Virus record (IMG/VR): IMGVR_UViG_3300037751_000116
Span: 1 to 63,385 of that record
Length of the DNA stretch: 63,385 nt
From: a virus
Taxonomy: Duplodnaviria > Caudoviricetes
Direction: 5' to 3' (one strand)
Part shown: positions 18,075 through 27,574 of the stretch, piece after piece
Layout: each line of letters begins with the position of its first letter
How positions within the stretch are numbered: position 1 is the stretch's first letter
Notes under the pieces: model-generated
Database searches by the model: none
The model's input: the letters and a program-made list of their open reading frames with translations, nothing else
What the model was told of the DNA's origin: nothing
Position numbers and translations under genes: made by a program

Positions 18075-18406
18075 CCCCGCATGTCCTTGAATAGCTGACG
18101 AGCGATCACCAACCGCATGGTTTTCCGAAGTACCGCGGGGGTGCGCTGTCCATCTGCCTGTTCTTCAGCGATACCAAGAATAGCAATCAAGGCTGTAATA
18201 CAGGCCCATAGGCTGTCTATAGTATTCTTTCCCTCTATCACGTCGGTGATGCCCTTGACCAATTCAGAAACGTTCTCTTGGTTCTCCCGTAGCTGCGAAA
18301 CGAACTCGGCCTCGCAATCCGCCACCGCGGCTAGGCTGTCGATACTGATGTCGGTCCCGAGTAGGGCTTTCAGTAGCTTTCTGGCGTCGATTGCTTCTTG
18401 TGGCAT
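18071..18406 (-). CDS. Hypothetical protein
   Basis: Tightly packed in operon. Confidence 0.6.
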   Translation of the reverse strand: MPQEAIDARKLLKALLGTDISIDSLAAVADCEAEFVSQLRENQENVSELVKGITDVIEGKNTIDSLWACITALIAILGIAEEQADGQRTPAVLRKTMRLVIARQLFKDMRG

Positions 18407-19099
18407 TTAGTTGGTCCTTTCGATGCGAAGGGCGCTTTTATCGGCGCTGGTTTGGCGGTTCAGGCTGACGGTTTCAGCCTTTTTCACGGCGTTGAAATCG
18501 GTGGTAAATTTCGCCCGGCTCGGGGTCACCTTCGTGAACTCCTGGTCGATTTCCTGCTGTATCAGATCGACCGGAACGAGAGCGTTCAAGCTCGATTTTC
18601 CGTTGGTCGCTGTAACTCGGTGCTGGTTGTCACGGGTCAGCCCCTTCAGGCGAATACAAAGGGCATTGGCAAGAGCGGTGCGCGCCTTGGCTGCATTAGG
18701 GTAGCGGTGCGCGCGATGCTCTGCAAGTGCGAGAGTGGCGACCTGACGAAGTACGAACGGGAGCATCAACGAGAAGGTAGCCCGCGCGCTCAACCGACCG
18801 AATACGAAGTAGCTACGCTGGGTCCGGCCAGTCGGCTTCGTGATCAATTCAGCGCCGTAGTATCTGGCCAGATCGTAGCCGATTTTATCTTTCCAAGGAT
18901 CAGAGCTAATGTAGGTGTCACGATCGTGGCCGATAGGGTCGTCGGAGTCGAGCTTACCAAGGTCCAAAAGGCTAAGACCGTGGGCTTCCATAAGGGCGTG
19001 CGCCTTTGTCATGAAAGTGTCGGCTTCGTTCTCGCTGGTCGAGCTATCGGCCTTGGCGATGATGCGCTGAATTTTGGCGGCTATGTCTGAGTTGTTCAT
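18407..19099 (-). CDS. DUF2786-like protein
   Basis: KIQRIIAKA...ENEA...KAHALMEAHGL N-terminus. Confidence 0.75.
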   Translation of the reverse strand: MNNSDIAAKIQRIIAKADSSTSENEADTFMTKAHALMEAHGLSLLDLGKLDSDDPIGHDRDTYISSDPWKDKIGYDLARYYGAELITKPTGRTQRSYFVFGRLSARATFSLMLPFVLRQVATLALAEHRAHRYPNAAKARTALANALCIRLKGLTRDNQHRVTATNGKSSLNALVPVDLIQQEIDQEFTKVTPSRAKFTTDFNAVKKAETVSLNRQTSADKSALRIERTN

Positions 19100-19160
19100 T
19101 GGTCAGTTCCTTGGTTGCTTTCGATAATCCCTTTTCGTCGATATTACCACAAGTATCAAG
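19100..19160 (-). promoter_or_regulatory. Promoter plus conserved leader
   Basis: TTGATA-17-GAAAAG then atcgaaagcaaccaaggaac. Confidence 0.55.
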
Positions 19161-19161
19161 A

Positions 19162-19200
19162 GAAAAAATACCCCTGCCCCAAAAATACTTCAGGGCAGGG
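19162..19200 (-). terminator. Intrinsic terminator after SSB gene
   Basis: ccctgccc/gggcaggg stem followed by T-run on minus strand. Confidence 0.7.
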
Positions 19201-19213
19201 ATGGGTTCAGAGC

Positions 19214-19939
19214 TTAGCCCGCGTTCTGCCAAGGCGGAACTACGCCAGCCGTGGGAGCGGCGGGCGCAGCGGCGGCGGGAGCGCCCGCCCACGGGGGCGC
19301 AGCGCTAGCGGCGGCGGGCGCAGCGGGCGGAGCCGCAGTAGGAGCGACTGGGGCCGCAGGAGCCGCCGCAGGCGCGGCAACAGCGGCGGGCTGCGGCGCG
19401 GGGTTTCCCGCTGGAGCCGGGGGCGCAACCTGCTGTGCAGCCGGGTTCGGAGCTTGCGGGGGCTGCGGTGCTTGGGGCGGTTGCGGAGCGCCACCACCGG
19501 GGGCCGCACCACCCGCCTGACCGCGCGTCGGCGGGTTGCCGTTGGCGTCCATGTACGCCCGAATATCGTTGGTAAACTTCGTCGCATCATCCTCACGTGG
19601 CGATTTTTCCAACCGAACCTTGAACGGTTTTCCGTGCAGCTGTTGGCTATCCTGCATTTGCAGAACCCCCGTCACGTGGCAGATAGCTGACAGGTCACGA
19701 AACGCGATCTCGACCGCCGTCGGGTTCGGGTTCTGAACGTTCAGTCGGATGGTGAGGCGCTTGCGCATCTGTTCAGGATCAAGGCACTCTGCGGTGAAAA
19801 CCAGCATAGTGCCGTTCCCTGCCTTCGTGGTCTTGACCTCAGATGAGACGATGTGAAACAGGTATTCACCCGTCTCGAAAATATCGCCGCCTCCCGTAGA
19901 TGGGTCGTATTCGGTCGCATTGAATGTAATCTGAACCAT
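19214..19939 (-). CDS. DUF669-type single-stranded DNA-binding protein
   Basis: GEYLFHIVSSEVKTTKAGNG, LNVQNPN, LHGKPF; Pro/Ala tail ending PPW. Confidence 0.8.
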   Translation of the reverse strand: MVQITFNATEYDPSTGGGDIFETGEYLFHIVSSEVKTTKAGNGTMLVFTAECLDPEQMRKRLTIRLNVQNPNPTAVEIAFRDLSAICHVTGVLQMQDSQQLHGKPFKVRLEKSPREDDATKFTNDIRAYMDANGNPPTRGQAGGAAPGGGAPQPPQAPQPPQAPNPAAQQVAPPAPAGNPAPQPAAVAAPAAAPAAPVAPTAAPPAAPAAASAAPPWAGAPAAAAPAAPTAGVVPPWQNAG

Positions 19940-19968
19940 AGGGTCAGTTCCTCTCGGTTGAAGGCAGC

Positions 19969-20661
19969 TTACGCCGCCCGTTGCAGTGTCATTATCTTGT
20001 TGATAATGTTTGACGCATCGGGGTACTCGATTTCGTCGAGAACTCCGCTACGGTCTTTCGCTTCAGCGTTGAACGCTGCGTGCGTACGCAAGGCGTGGTA
20101 GGTTTCGCCTTGTGGGGTCTTATCGGTATAGGCGTGCAGTACCTCGTCAAAGAGATACGGCAACGCTGGTCCGACTTGCTGTCCCGGCGCGGTCGGTCCC
20201 GCTTTCTCGACTCCGGTAACAGGGTCTTTACCCACCGTTTGCTTGGCCGTCACGATCACGTGAAAGCCCGCTAGGTCGCGGAAAGCCTTGACCAGCTCAA
20301 TCGACTCTGTGGCCATTTCGCCGTAGGCTTGGCGAGGGTCCTTTGTCTTTTTGCGATGCGCGGTCAAGCATTTTTCCACAATCTCGCTAATAGAGTCCAG
20401 ACAGATCGTCTGAATACCATTAGCTATCCCGTTAGTGGCTAGCCAATTATGAACCTCCCATACGTCGGCGATATGCTCGACAATGGCCACCGGGATAGAC
20501 TTTGCGCGCAGAGACAGTAGACCCGCCTCCGCGCTGATAATCAAGGGACTGGGGGCGGTGCCGCAGAAAGAGGTTTTACCCGCCCCCGCGCCACCGTAGA
20601 CCAACATCTTTATCCCGTGATTGACCGACTCTTTATCCGTACTCGAATATACTACCGCCAT
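19969..20661 (-). CDS. Sak4-like AAA_24 ATPase / recombinase
   Basis: YGGAGAGKT, SAEAG, LDSISE, AKDRSG; start re-placed at MAVVY. Confidence 0.85.
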   Translation of the reverse strand: MAVVYSSTDKESVNHGIKMLVYGGAGAGKTSFCGTAPSPLIISAEAGLLSLRAKSIPVAIVEHIADVWEVHNWLATNGIANGIQTICLDSISEIVEKCLTAHRKKTKDPRQAYGEMATESIELVKAFRDLAGFHVIVTAKQTVGKDPVTGVEKAGPTAPGQQVGPALPYLFDEVLHAYTDKTPQGETYHALRTHAAFNAEAKDRSGVLDEIEYPDASNIINKIMTLQRAA

Positions 20662-20671
20662 GGCAACTCCC

Positions 20672-20935
20672 TTACAGAATTTGGGCGTCGGTGAACCGAT
20701 CCATGCCGTCGAGGTGCTTACCCCGAAAGTTGGCGAGGGACCGGATATAAACCGTAGGGTTCTCTTTGATAACCAAACGATGCAGGACGCCCCACTGATC
20801 GAGATCACCTATCCATGCGAAACCGAAGACTTCGTATCGGACTCCGGTTCGCGTGTGTAGATAGGATTTCCCGACCAGGTAGGCGCTATTTTCAGGGCTA
20901 TGCCCCGTCATGTCGAGGTAGTCAGGTTTTATCAT
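20672..20935 (-). CDS. Second DUF1653-like protein
   Basis: YLHTRTGVRYEV...YIRSLANF...RF. Confidence 0.55.
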   Translation of the reverse strand: MIKPDYLDMTGHSPENSAYLVGKSYLHTRTGVRYEVFGFAWIGDLDQWGVLHRLVIKENPTVYIRSLANFRGKHLDGMDRFTDAQIL

Positions 20936-20947
20936 TTGTACTCCTTC

Positions 20948-21475
20948 TTACTCGGGGGGTTCGATCACCTCGTCGGTTGCTCCGAGTAGGCCCGCAACCA
21001 TGGTAAACGCATTCTCGCCGACTTGATTTCGGTAGTCGTTGAGCTTGCTGGTGACTTCTGACAAGGCGAGTTGCCGGATGGCCGCAGCCTCGTTTTCCTT
21101 CACACCCTTGAAGTGATCATTGTTGACCTTGGCGACGACGTGCTTTAGGTCCTCCAAATCGCAGCCGACATCGGTGGCCAGCACATCGGGATTTACCACC
21201 CGCAAGAGGGCAAAGGTGTTCCGGGTCTCCGCGACGATCAAGTCGCCACGATGCAGATCAAGGCCGATGACATTCTTGAAGCAGTAGCCGTGGTCGCTGA
21301 ACTCCTCCTCAAAGGGGTTGGACGGAACCCTGCCCGGCATAGGCGGGGATTGGTAGCCCGCTGGAGCCGGGGCCATCGGGGCGGAGGGCGCTTCGTTGCC
21401 GGTCAGATAGAGCGCGCGGACAACCTTAGCTCCCGCTTCGAGTTGCATGATGGTAATCATTTCTTTGCTGTTCAT
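20948..21475 (-). CDS. Hypothetical protein
   Basis: Start at MNSKEM after aagga. Confidence 0.65.
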   Translation of the reverse strand: MNSKEMITIMQLEAGAKVVRALYLTGNEAPSAPMAPAPAGYQSPPMPGRVPSNPFEEEFSDHGYCFKNVIGLDLHRGDLIVAETRNTFALLRVVNPDVLATDVGCDLEDLKHVVAKVNNDHFKGVKENEAAAIRQLALSEVTSKLNDYRNQVGENAFTMVAGLLGATDEVIEPPE

Positions 21476-21486
21476 AGTCTTGGTCC

Positions 21487-21702
21487 TTATTTCACGATGA
21501 CCGCACCTGCGTGCGCCATTTGTTGATATACATCCTCCACACCGGCCGTAGACCAGATGGGGTATTCTGGGTTGCTCCGTCTTTCGATGATGCAACCCCT
21601 CGTGCCGCCACGGGGCTTTACCACTGAAATATCGTCCAGATGTAGGTACAATTCTTCAGGGTCGCCATGTTTCGTGGTGACAGGAATTATGAGGAAAGCC
21701 AC
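21487..21702 (-). CDS. Hypothetical protein
   Basis: Coupled to upstream gene. Confidence 0.6.
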   Translation of the reverse strand: MAFLIIPVTTKHGDPEELYLHLDDISVVKPRGGTRGCIIERRSNPEYPIWSTAGVEDVYQQMAHAGAVIVK

Positions 21703-22136
21703 TACGAGAGGCTTACTTCAGGAGCTTGTTCGCTAGTGATGACCGCCCGGCTGAAGGCTTTATAAGCCGGGCCGGTGAGCTTGTTGAAGTTCTTTTTGTC
21801 AAGCTCATACTTGATCCGCAAAAGCTCGTCAAATGTGCACGGAACATCGTTGAGCATCCCGTACTCTTTCTTGGCGGTCTCGAGTTCGCTGTCAGCGATC
21901 TTACGGTCAATCTTGCAGTTGATCTTAAGGACCCGGCCGTCCGTCAGAGGCCAGTTATTCATGCCCTCTTTGAACTTGTCCCCCAAGGCGGCGCGGACGC
22001 TGTCGCGCATCGCCTTACGCATGGTCATTTCCTTATCGGTCAAGACCTTAAGGGCGCGTTTTGCCGTGGCGATCTCTCCACAGAGTTGATCCCAACGGTC
22101 AACGTATTGGTCGAAGGTTTCGGTTTGTTCAGTCAT
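21702..22136 (-). CDS. Hypothetical protein, first gene of the leftward operon
   Basis: RBS aaagga; promoter upstream. Confidence 0.7.
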   Translation of the reverse strand: MTEQTETFDQYVDRWDQLCGEIATAKRALKVLTDKEMTMRKAMRDSVRAALGDKFKEGMNNWPLTDGRVLKINCKIDRKIADSELETAKKEYGMLNDVPCTFDELLRIKYELDKKNFNKLTGPAYKAFSRAVITSEQAPEVSLS

Positions 22137-22364
22137 CTATTCAGTTCCTTTCCGATGCTTGCCCTGCCCTTCTAATGGGGCTGGTTTCTGGTAGGCAAGA
22201 GCTATTTTTGGTAGGTTTTAAGGAAAATAGCGCGGACTTGGGCATACCGTTGCCTTATACCGCTAGATATTGATATACAATAGATTTTGCAAAATCGCCT
22301 TGCCTTCCCCTTATGATCCCTCCTAATATCGGGGCTGCAAATCGAGGCAAGGAACACCCCCTAT
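22137..22364. promoter_or_regulatory. Divergent promoter region with operator-like palindromes
   Basis: Back-to-back CTTGCC -35 boxes; perfect palindrome gattttgcaaaatc 22283-22296; tattg-atata-caata 22268-22282. Confidence 0.65.
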
Positions 22365-22628
22365 ATGAGAAAATCAACGACCAAGGGCCAGCTAATAGGA
22401 CCCGCCCTCGCTGACGAGGTCATACGACTTCTTGACGAGCATAACTATACAATCGAGCTGTGCCAGCGAGATTTTGGGGTAGGATATACCTGGTTCTCAA
22501 CGTTTCGGCATAAGCACCATGTAGCATCCGCCGAACGGTTGCAGATCATCTATGAGGAACTAACCGGCAAACCGCTGATTACTCCCACGGTCGTACGTAA
22601 GCCCCGATACCCCGCAAAGAAAGTTTAA
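22365..22628 (+). CDS. Small putative HTH DNA-binding protein
   Basis: 87 aa; TIELCQRDFGVGYTWFSTF HTH-like segment; precedes primase. Confidence 0.55.
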   Translation: MRKSTTKGQLIGPALADEVIRLLDEHNYTIELCQRDFGVGYTWFSTFRHKHHVASAERLQIIYEELTGKPLITPTVVRKPRYPAKKV

Positions 22629-22630
22629 CC

Positions 22631-25102
22631 ATGACCGGACTCTGTACTGGTTATGGCCAGAACGATACCCACGCCGTTATACTCAGCGACGGCAGAACCA
22701 ACCCCCACCCGAGCGCCGGGACCCCCTATCAATCCATCACTCTCGACCAGCTAGCCTACGAGGTGGCTAATCCGCCGCAGCCCGTCGATAAAGGGGCGGG
22801 CGCGTGGATGATCCCTAGCGCCTATATAGAGAGCGACGCACGCAGCCATATTCGTCAACGTCAGGACGGAGAGTTCTACGCCCTCTGGTTCGATGTCGAC
22901 GAAGGTAACCCGGAGTTATCGAATGTTATCGAAGTAACCCGGAGTATAGTAGGAAGTCACCGCTTTCTAATTTACACGACGGCGAGCTACGGCGAGATAC
23001 TGCCCGACGGGACGATCAAGAAAAAGTACCGCGGCGTGATCCCACTCGAGCCACCCGTGGCCGGGGTCGCTTATGGCTATTACGCGCAAGCTCTGAACAA
23101 CGAGCTAGCCGCAAGAGGCATTACCCCCGATCGTGGCACCGAGGGCGCGGCGCAGATACTCTACCGCCCGAACCCGGGCCGCGAATACTTCTATCACATC
23201 GAGCCGGGCGCGGTCCTCAATCCCGGCGCGCATGATCTGGGAACCAAGGCGGGCGCGATCTATCAGAAAGCCGTGCAGGACGCGCAAGAGCAAGCCGCAC
23301 GCCGCGCCGCCCACGGGGGCCATAAGGAAACCTCACGCAGCCCGATTGCCGCGTTCCGCCGCAAGCACCCGACCGAAGAGTTACTCGAGCGGCTAGGCTT
23401 CACTAGCCTCAACGGTATCGACTGGCACCATCCCGATCAGTCAACCCGCTCCTACGCAACCCGACTGCATGACGACGGCACGCTCTATACCCGAAGCGAG
23501 ACAGTCAAATCGTGGGGCGGCAATAACGGGTTCTTCTATGATATGTACGATATAGCCTGCCACTTCTGGGGCAAGGCCGAAACCGAAGCCTACGCCAAAC
23601 AATGTCTGAAGGATGAGGACGAGGCCCGCTACGGCGATGCGACCGTCGAGCATGGGGCAGCGCAGTGGGACTCCTATCTGCACCAGAGGAGTCTAGAGGT
23701 GCTGGAGCGCACCGAGGCAATCCGTAGAGAGCTAGCCGCAGCCGATACCAAGGATACGAATAACGACGAGTGGGATTTGGATTGGCCACCGGGGAAGGTC
23801 GGAGAACTGGCGCGATGGATTTACCTGTCAAGCTCACGACCAATTAAACAGTTCTCGATTGCCGCCGCGCTATTCTTCTTCACGGTTGGGGGCAGGAAGT
23901 TCAATATCAATGGTAAGGGCTTGAACCTCTACCTAATGCTGGTAGCCGGAACCGGGCGCGGCAAAGGGGTCGTCAAGGATGGGTTGGACTCGTTCATGGG
24001 GCAGATACTTCAAGAGGCGCAGAACCCCGGCCTAGCTGCCCCGTTCGGCTATGATCTGGCGGTCAGTGAGGCGGGCATTCGTAAAGCCCTCCACAATCAG
24101 AACCCCATATGCGCCTACAAGGCGGAAATGGGTGGCACGCTCGAACGTCTTAATCGGTCATCCATGAGTACCAATGATGAAGGCTTGCGCGATATGCTTA
24201 GCCTACTCTACGATACCGGCGATACGAAGTTCATCGGGACCGCGCAAGCTAGCTCCGCAGAGAACACCAAGGCGGGGGTCTATATGCCCTGCCTCTCACT
24301 GGCCGGGGATACTCAGCCCCATATCTATCGGCGACTGCTAGGCGGCGAAAGCGTGGAGAGTGGCTTTGCACCCCGCATGGTCCCGTTCTTCTATTACGGT
24401 AAGCGAAAGTATCATAACGAGGACTCCGAGAACTATCGCAAGGCACCGGCGCTATTGATCAACGAGGTCAAAGATTTCTTGGTCTACTGCCTCCAGCAAG
24501 GCGAGACGGTTGTCAATATCCAGATGACCCCAGAGGTCAAGGATAGGCTCCGTGCTCTGGATAGAGAGACCACGGACATGATCAATCGCGACGCCAAGGG
24601 CGCGGAGCTATTGAACCGAACGGTTATCACCAGCCTGAAGGTGGCAGGCGTCCTAGCCATCGGATGCAGCCACACAGCGCCGATCGTAACCCCGGAGCTT
24701 TACGATTACGCGGCGGAGATTGTCAAGCGCGGCGCGCAGGAGTCACGCCGGATCGTCGAAAGCGGTGACGCAGGTCAAGGTGACTCGGTCAGGATAGCCC
24801 GGCTCAAAGACGCCGTTAAAAGGTTCACGGGCGGACTAATCAATCCAGACGTTAAGATTAGTACCTATAAGACCCCCAAGAGCATCGTCGACAATCCCGC
24901 CCTGATAAACTATAACTTCTTCGCGTACTCTCTCAAGACCAGCGACTTCAAGAGCGAGAACGGCGGGCGCACCTATGAACAGAATATCCGCGAAACAATT
25001 GAAGAAGCTGTTAGGCAGGGGCTATTAGAAGAGGCTGCGGAATTGATTGTTCCGGGCAGGCTCAAACAGAAAGTCTATGTCATAGGGCCGCATTTTAACT
25101 AA
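22631..25102 (+). CDS. Primase-polymerase fused to P-loop (DUF3987-like) domain
   Basis: WFDVDEG, IYTTAS, KYRGVIPL prim-pol motifs; AGTGRGKG Walker A; ESGFAPR. Confidence 0.8.
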   Translation: MTGLCTGYGQNDTHAVILSDGRTNPHPSAGTPYQSITLDQLAYEVANPPQPVDKGAGAWMIPSAYIESDARSHIRQRQDGEFYALWFDVDEGNPELSNVIEVTRSIVGSHRFLIYTTASYGEILPDGTIKKKYRGVIPLEPPVAGVAYGYYAQALNNELAARGITPDRGTEGAAQILYRPNPGREYFYHIEPGAVLNPGAHDLGTKAGAIYQKAVQDAQEQAARRAAHGGHKETSRSPIAAFRRKHPTEELLERLGFTSLNGIDWHHPDQSTRSYATRLHDDGTLYTRSETVKSWGGNNGFFYDMYDIACHFWGKAETEAYAKQCLKDEDEARYGDATVEHGAAQWDSYLHQRSLEVLERTEAIRRELAAADTKDTNNDEWDLDWPPGKVGELARWIYLSSSRPIKQFSIAAALFFFTVGGRKFNINGKGLNLYLMLVAGTGRGKGVVKDGLDSFMGQILQEAQNPGLAAPFGYDLAVSEAGIRKALHNQNPICAYKAEMGGTLERLNRSSMSTNDEGLRDMLSLLYDTGDTKFIGTAQASSAENTKAGVYMPCLSLAGDTQPHIYRRLLGGESVESGFAPRMVPFFYYGKRKYHNEDSENYRKAPALLINEVKDFLVYCLQQGETVVNIQMTPEVKDRLRALDRETTDMINRDAKGAELLNRTVITSLKVAGVLAIGCSHTAPIVTPELYDYAAEIVKRGAQESRRIVESGDAGQGDSVRIARLKDAVKRFTGGLINPDVKISTYKTPKSIVDNPALINYNFFAYSLKTSDFKSENGGRTYEQNIRETIEEAVRQGLLEEAAELIVPGRLKQKVYVIGPHFN

Positions 25103-25183
25103 TGCAGCGCTGGTTTAAGGATGGCCACCGTGGATCGTAAACCAGAAATCCAAGTTCATGAAAATAAAAAGCTTCAGGTAAAT

Positions 25184-25579
25184 GGGGACCAGGTCCGTCC
25201 CCGGATAGACTCCAATGAAATCAATGGGTTAGCAGGAAAATATTTTACTAGTTTATGTGCTGGTCCCCGGTTATTATCTAGTTTTTTATCAATGATTTCA
25301 ACGGCTTACAGTATATCGTCTACGGATCAAGTGGGGACCGGGAAATATGGGGGTCTAACGGGGGGTCTAGGGGGGCGTAACAAGGGGTGGGCTAGTTTAT
25401 TCGGGGGATTTTGGCTTTTTAGGGCCACCCCCGTGATTTCTGGTCCCCAGTAGAGAAATGCGCAGCACGTGAATGTCTTAAGCCCTTGATTTATATATAT
25501 ATTATTTTTTAATACATATAGAAAAGAGGGGACTAAAGGGGGGACAGAAGTGGGGACGGAACCGCATACCGCAGTCCCC
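25184..25579. repeat. Putative replication origin: nine GGGGAC/GTCCCC repeats around an AT-rich tract
   Basis: Copies at 25184, 25197, 25263, 25333, 25443, 25528, 25540, 25552, 25574; AT tract ~25489-25525; directly downstream of primase. Confidence 0.65.
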
Positions 25580-25621
25580 AGTTGCAAATGACAGAAAACA
25601 AGGAGAAAAGGAGGTTTTTGG

Positions 25622-26248
25622 ATGGCTAGGTTACCGGGGATAAAATACCGAAGTCCCTCCTGTGCTAAGTGGCCATGGGTTTATGAGGCGGGTGCTACCT
25701 GCGCAGTAAGCCTGTACCAGAGGGTGCAGAATTACGACTGGAACGCGCACAACGTTCCGATGGTGCTCACCAAGCCCGCTCCGATCACGGTTAGAGAGAT
25801 CACGTACCGTAATGGCTGGATAACAGCCGCCATGGTTGTCGGGCATTTGATAGGGGTGGCGGTCATCTATGACGAAGGCAAACTGGTGGCAATCGGGAGC
25901 CGCCTTAGCCTCGCGTTCCTTGACGAACGGTGGCCTGTCATATCCCCCAAGAAAACCGTCGCCTATCTAACTCACGCTGACCGACTCGATCCGCCTGATA
26001 TTCCCCGTATCAAAACCCACGAGCTACGAGCGCTCCGAATTAACCTTCTAGGTATCCAGCACCGGGTCTGCGAACTGTACCCCGGCTTCAGGATACGTCG
26101 CCCCGGTGGCCAGCAACCCGGGCAGGCTGAGGTCTGGTTACAACCTAATGACGGGCAGGGCAGGCTACTAGGTGGGATAATCTGGGAAGCGGACTATTAT
26201 TACTTCGATCACTATAAAAAGGATCATCGGCGGATAGCCGCGAAATAG
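25622..26248 (+). CDS. Hypothetical protein
   Basis: RBS ggagg; 208 aa. Confidence 0.65.
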   Translation: MARLPGIKYRSPSCAKWPWVYEAGATCAVSLYQRVQNYDWNAHNVPMVLTKPAPITVREITYRNGWITAAMVVGHLIGVAVIYDEGKLVAIGSRLSLAFLDERWPVISPKKTVAYLTHADRLDPPDIPRIKTHELRALRINLLGIQHRVCELYPGFRIRRPGGQQPGQAEVWLQPNDGQGRLLGGIIWEADYYYFDHYKKDHRRIAAK

Positions 26249-26384
26249 CAGGGGGCGGCTAGGATGCCTCTGGAATGCCTGTGCTTGCCTATCGGGCGGG
26301 GGCTATGGCAGGCCGGGCAGGGTATGCGCCTCCTACGCCCTCCTATCGCCTCAAATTATTTTATACCTTCGTGCAAATAGGGGA

Positions 26385-26445
26385 TTGCAACCTACGTATA
26401 AATATGAGAAAAAGGATCATCGAAAGCAAGCAAGGAACCGAACCG
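26385..26445 (+). promoter_or_regulatory. Promoter plus conserved leader
   Basis: TTGCAA-17-GAAAAA then atcgaaagcaagcaaggaac. Confidence 0.55.
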
Positions 26446-26754
26446 ATGACCAACGTCGTAAAAGAACTGATTATCCGCATCGAGAACCGCCGCGCTGAAA
26501 CCGCGCATCCCTGCAAGTCGTACGCTACGGAGGCCAAGGCAGAGGCAGTAGCTGAAAAATACGCGACGATCTTTGCAAATTACTTCACGCGCTTTGATGC
26601 GACCAACATCAAGCCTTGCCGCTACATCGTGGCCTACAACGAGGCTTGGGGAAAATGGGTGATCGGTTTTGATTTCACCGAGCTTCTTGGGCGCAGAACC
26701 TCGACGGGTGGATATCTTGGAGTAGCCTCCGACAAGGGCTTCTACACCTACTGA
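26446..26754 (+). CDS. Hypothetical early protein
   Basis: Start re-placed at MTNVVK after aagga. Confidence 0.7.
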   Translation: MTNVVKELIIRIENRRAETAHPCKSYATEAKAEAVAEKYATIFANYFTRFDATNIKPCRYIVAYNEAWGKWVIGFDFTELLGRRTSTGGYLGVASDKGFYTY

Positions 26755-26801
26755 AACCAACGGGGGCTGCGGCCCCCAACCCAACCGAGAGGAACGAACA
26801 A

Positions 26802-27044
26802 ATGAAATCCCTGAAACTTGAAATCTGCGGCGACGAGCTTCAATTTTACCGGGCGGTAATATTGAAGCACGACGAGTCCGGCAACCGCAGGGTGCTGGAA
26901 ATAACATACGCCGACGATCTGGACACTCTTAGCGATTGGTTTTCTGAAAATCACTCTGATACCATCTATGCCTACAATGACGGCGAACTCGATCATGCAG
27001 GCGAGCTAACCGTATTTGAGGCGGCTACAGCCTTGATGTACTAA
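26802..27044 (+). CDS. Small acidic hypothetical protein
   Basis: RBS gagga; D/E-rich. Confidence 0.65.
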   Translation: MKSLKLEICGDELQFYRAVILKHDESGNRRVLEITYADDLDTLSDWFSENHSDTIYAYNDGELDHAGELTVFEAATALMY

Positions 27045-27067
27045 CCTCAACCGAAAGGAACCAGACA

Positions 27068-27289
27068 ATGACCCCCGAATATAAGAAAGGCTACCTCGCC
27101 GCCCTGAAGGACGCAGGCGACCGTTTTGCAAAACTCGCTGATGATACCCAACGGGAAATCAGCACGGGATTGGTTGCGCAGCGTAACGGCGGACCCAACT
27201 GCGACGTTCAAAAGTTGCTTGCGGTCAAAATCGGATATATTGAAGCCCTGACTCTAATCATGGCTATGGAAAAGGAAACACGGAAATGA
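27068..27289 (+). CDS. Hypothetical protein
   Basis: RBS aaagga. Confidence 0.65.
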   Translation: MTPEYKKGYLAALKDAGDRFAKLADDTQREISTGLVAQRNGGPNCDVQKLLAVKIGYIEALTLIMAMEKETRK

Positions 27290-27456
27290 CCCCCGGAATG
27301 ACCGTGAACTTGAAATCCTACTCAGGAGTCCGCGTGCGGCTCCTGACCATCGCATCCAAGACCTTTCTTGGAACCCCGATCTGGCACGTCGTAGAGGTGC
27401 AGGGCGAAGCCACAGGACAGCACTATACGGCCAGCGAGCGGCAGTTCATCCGCTAA
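27286..27456 (+). CDS. 56-aa hypothetical protein (not in ORF track)
   Basis: ATGA overlap, RBS aagga; MTPGMTVNLKS...QFIR. Confidence 0.6.
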   Translation: MTPGMTVNLKSYSGVRVRLLTIASKTFLGTPIWHVVEVQGEATGQHYTASERQFIR

Positions 27457-27460
27457 GATC

Positions 27461-27489
27461 GAAAGCCCGCCGCCTGTGCGGGCTTTTCT
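27461..27489 (+). terminator. Intrinsic terminator
   Basis: aaagcccgc-cgcctgt-gcgggctttt. Confidence 0.75.
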
Positions 27490-27574
27490 GCGTCTTGACT
27501 ATACCGAATAACCCTCTTGCCTACCAACGGCCGGGTAACCTAAGCTGCCCTCGCATCATGAAAGGACCACACCC

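Noticed and set aside
19115-19736. Several overlapping Arg/Gly/Ala-rich ORFs
   Set aside because: Alternative frames of the GC-rich Pro/Ala tail of the SSB gene.
25121-25587. ORFs 25121-25453 (+) and 25327-25587 (-)
   Set aside because: They cross the repeat/AT-rich putative origin and have atypical composition; probably non-coding.
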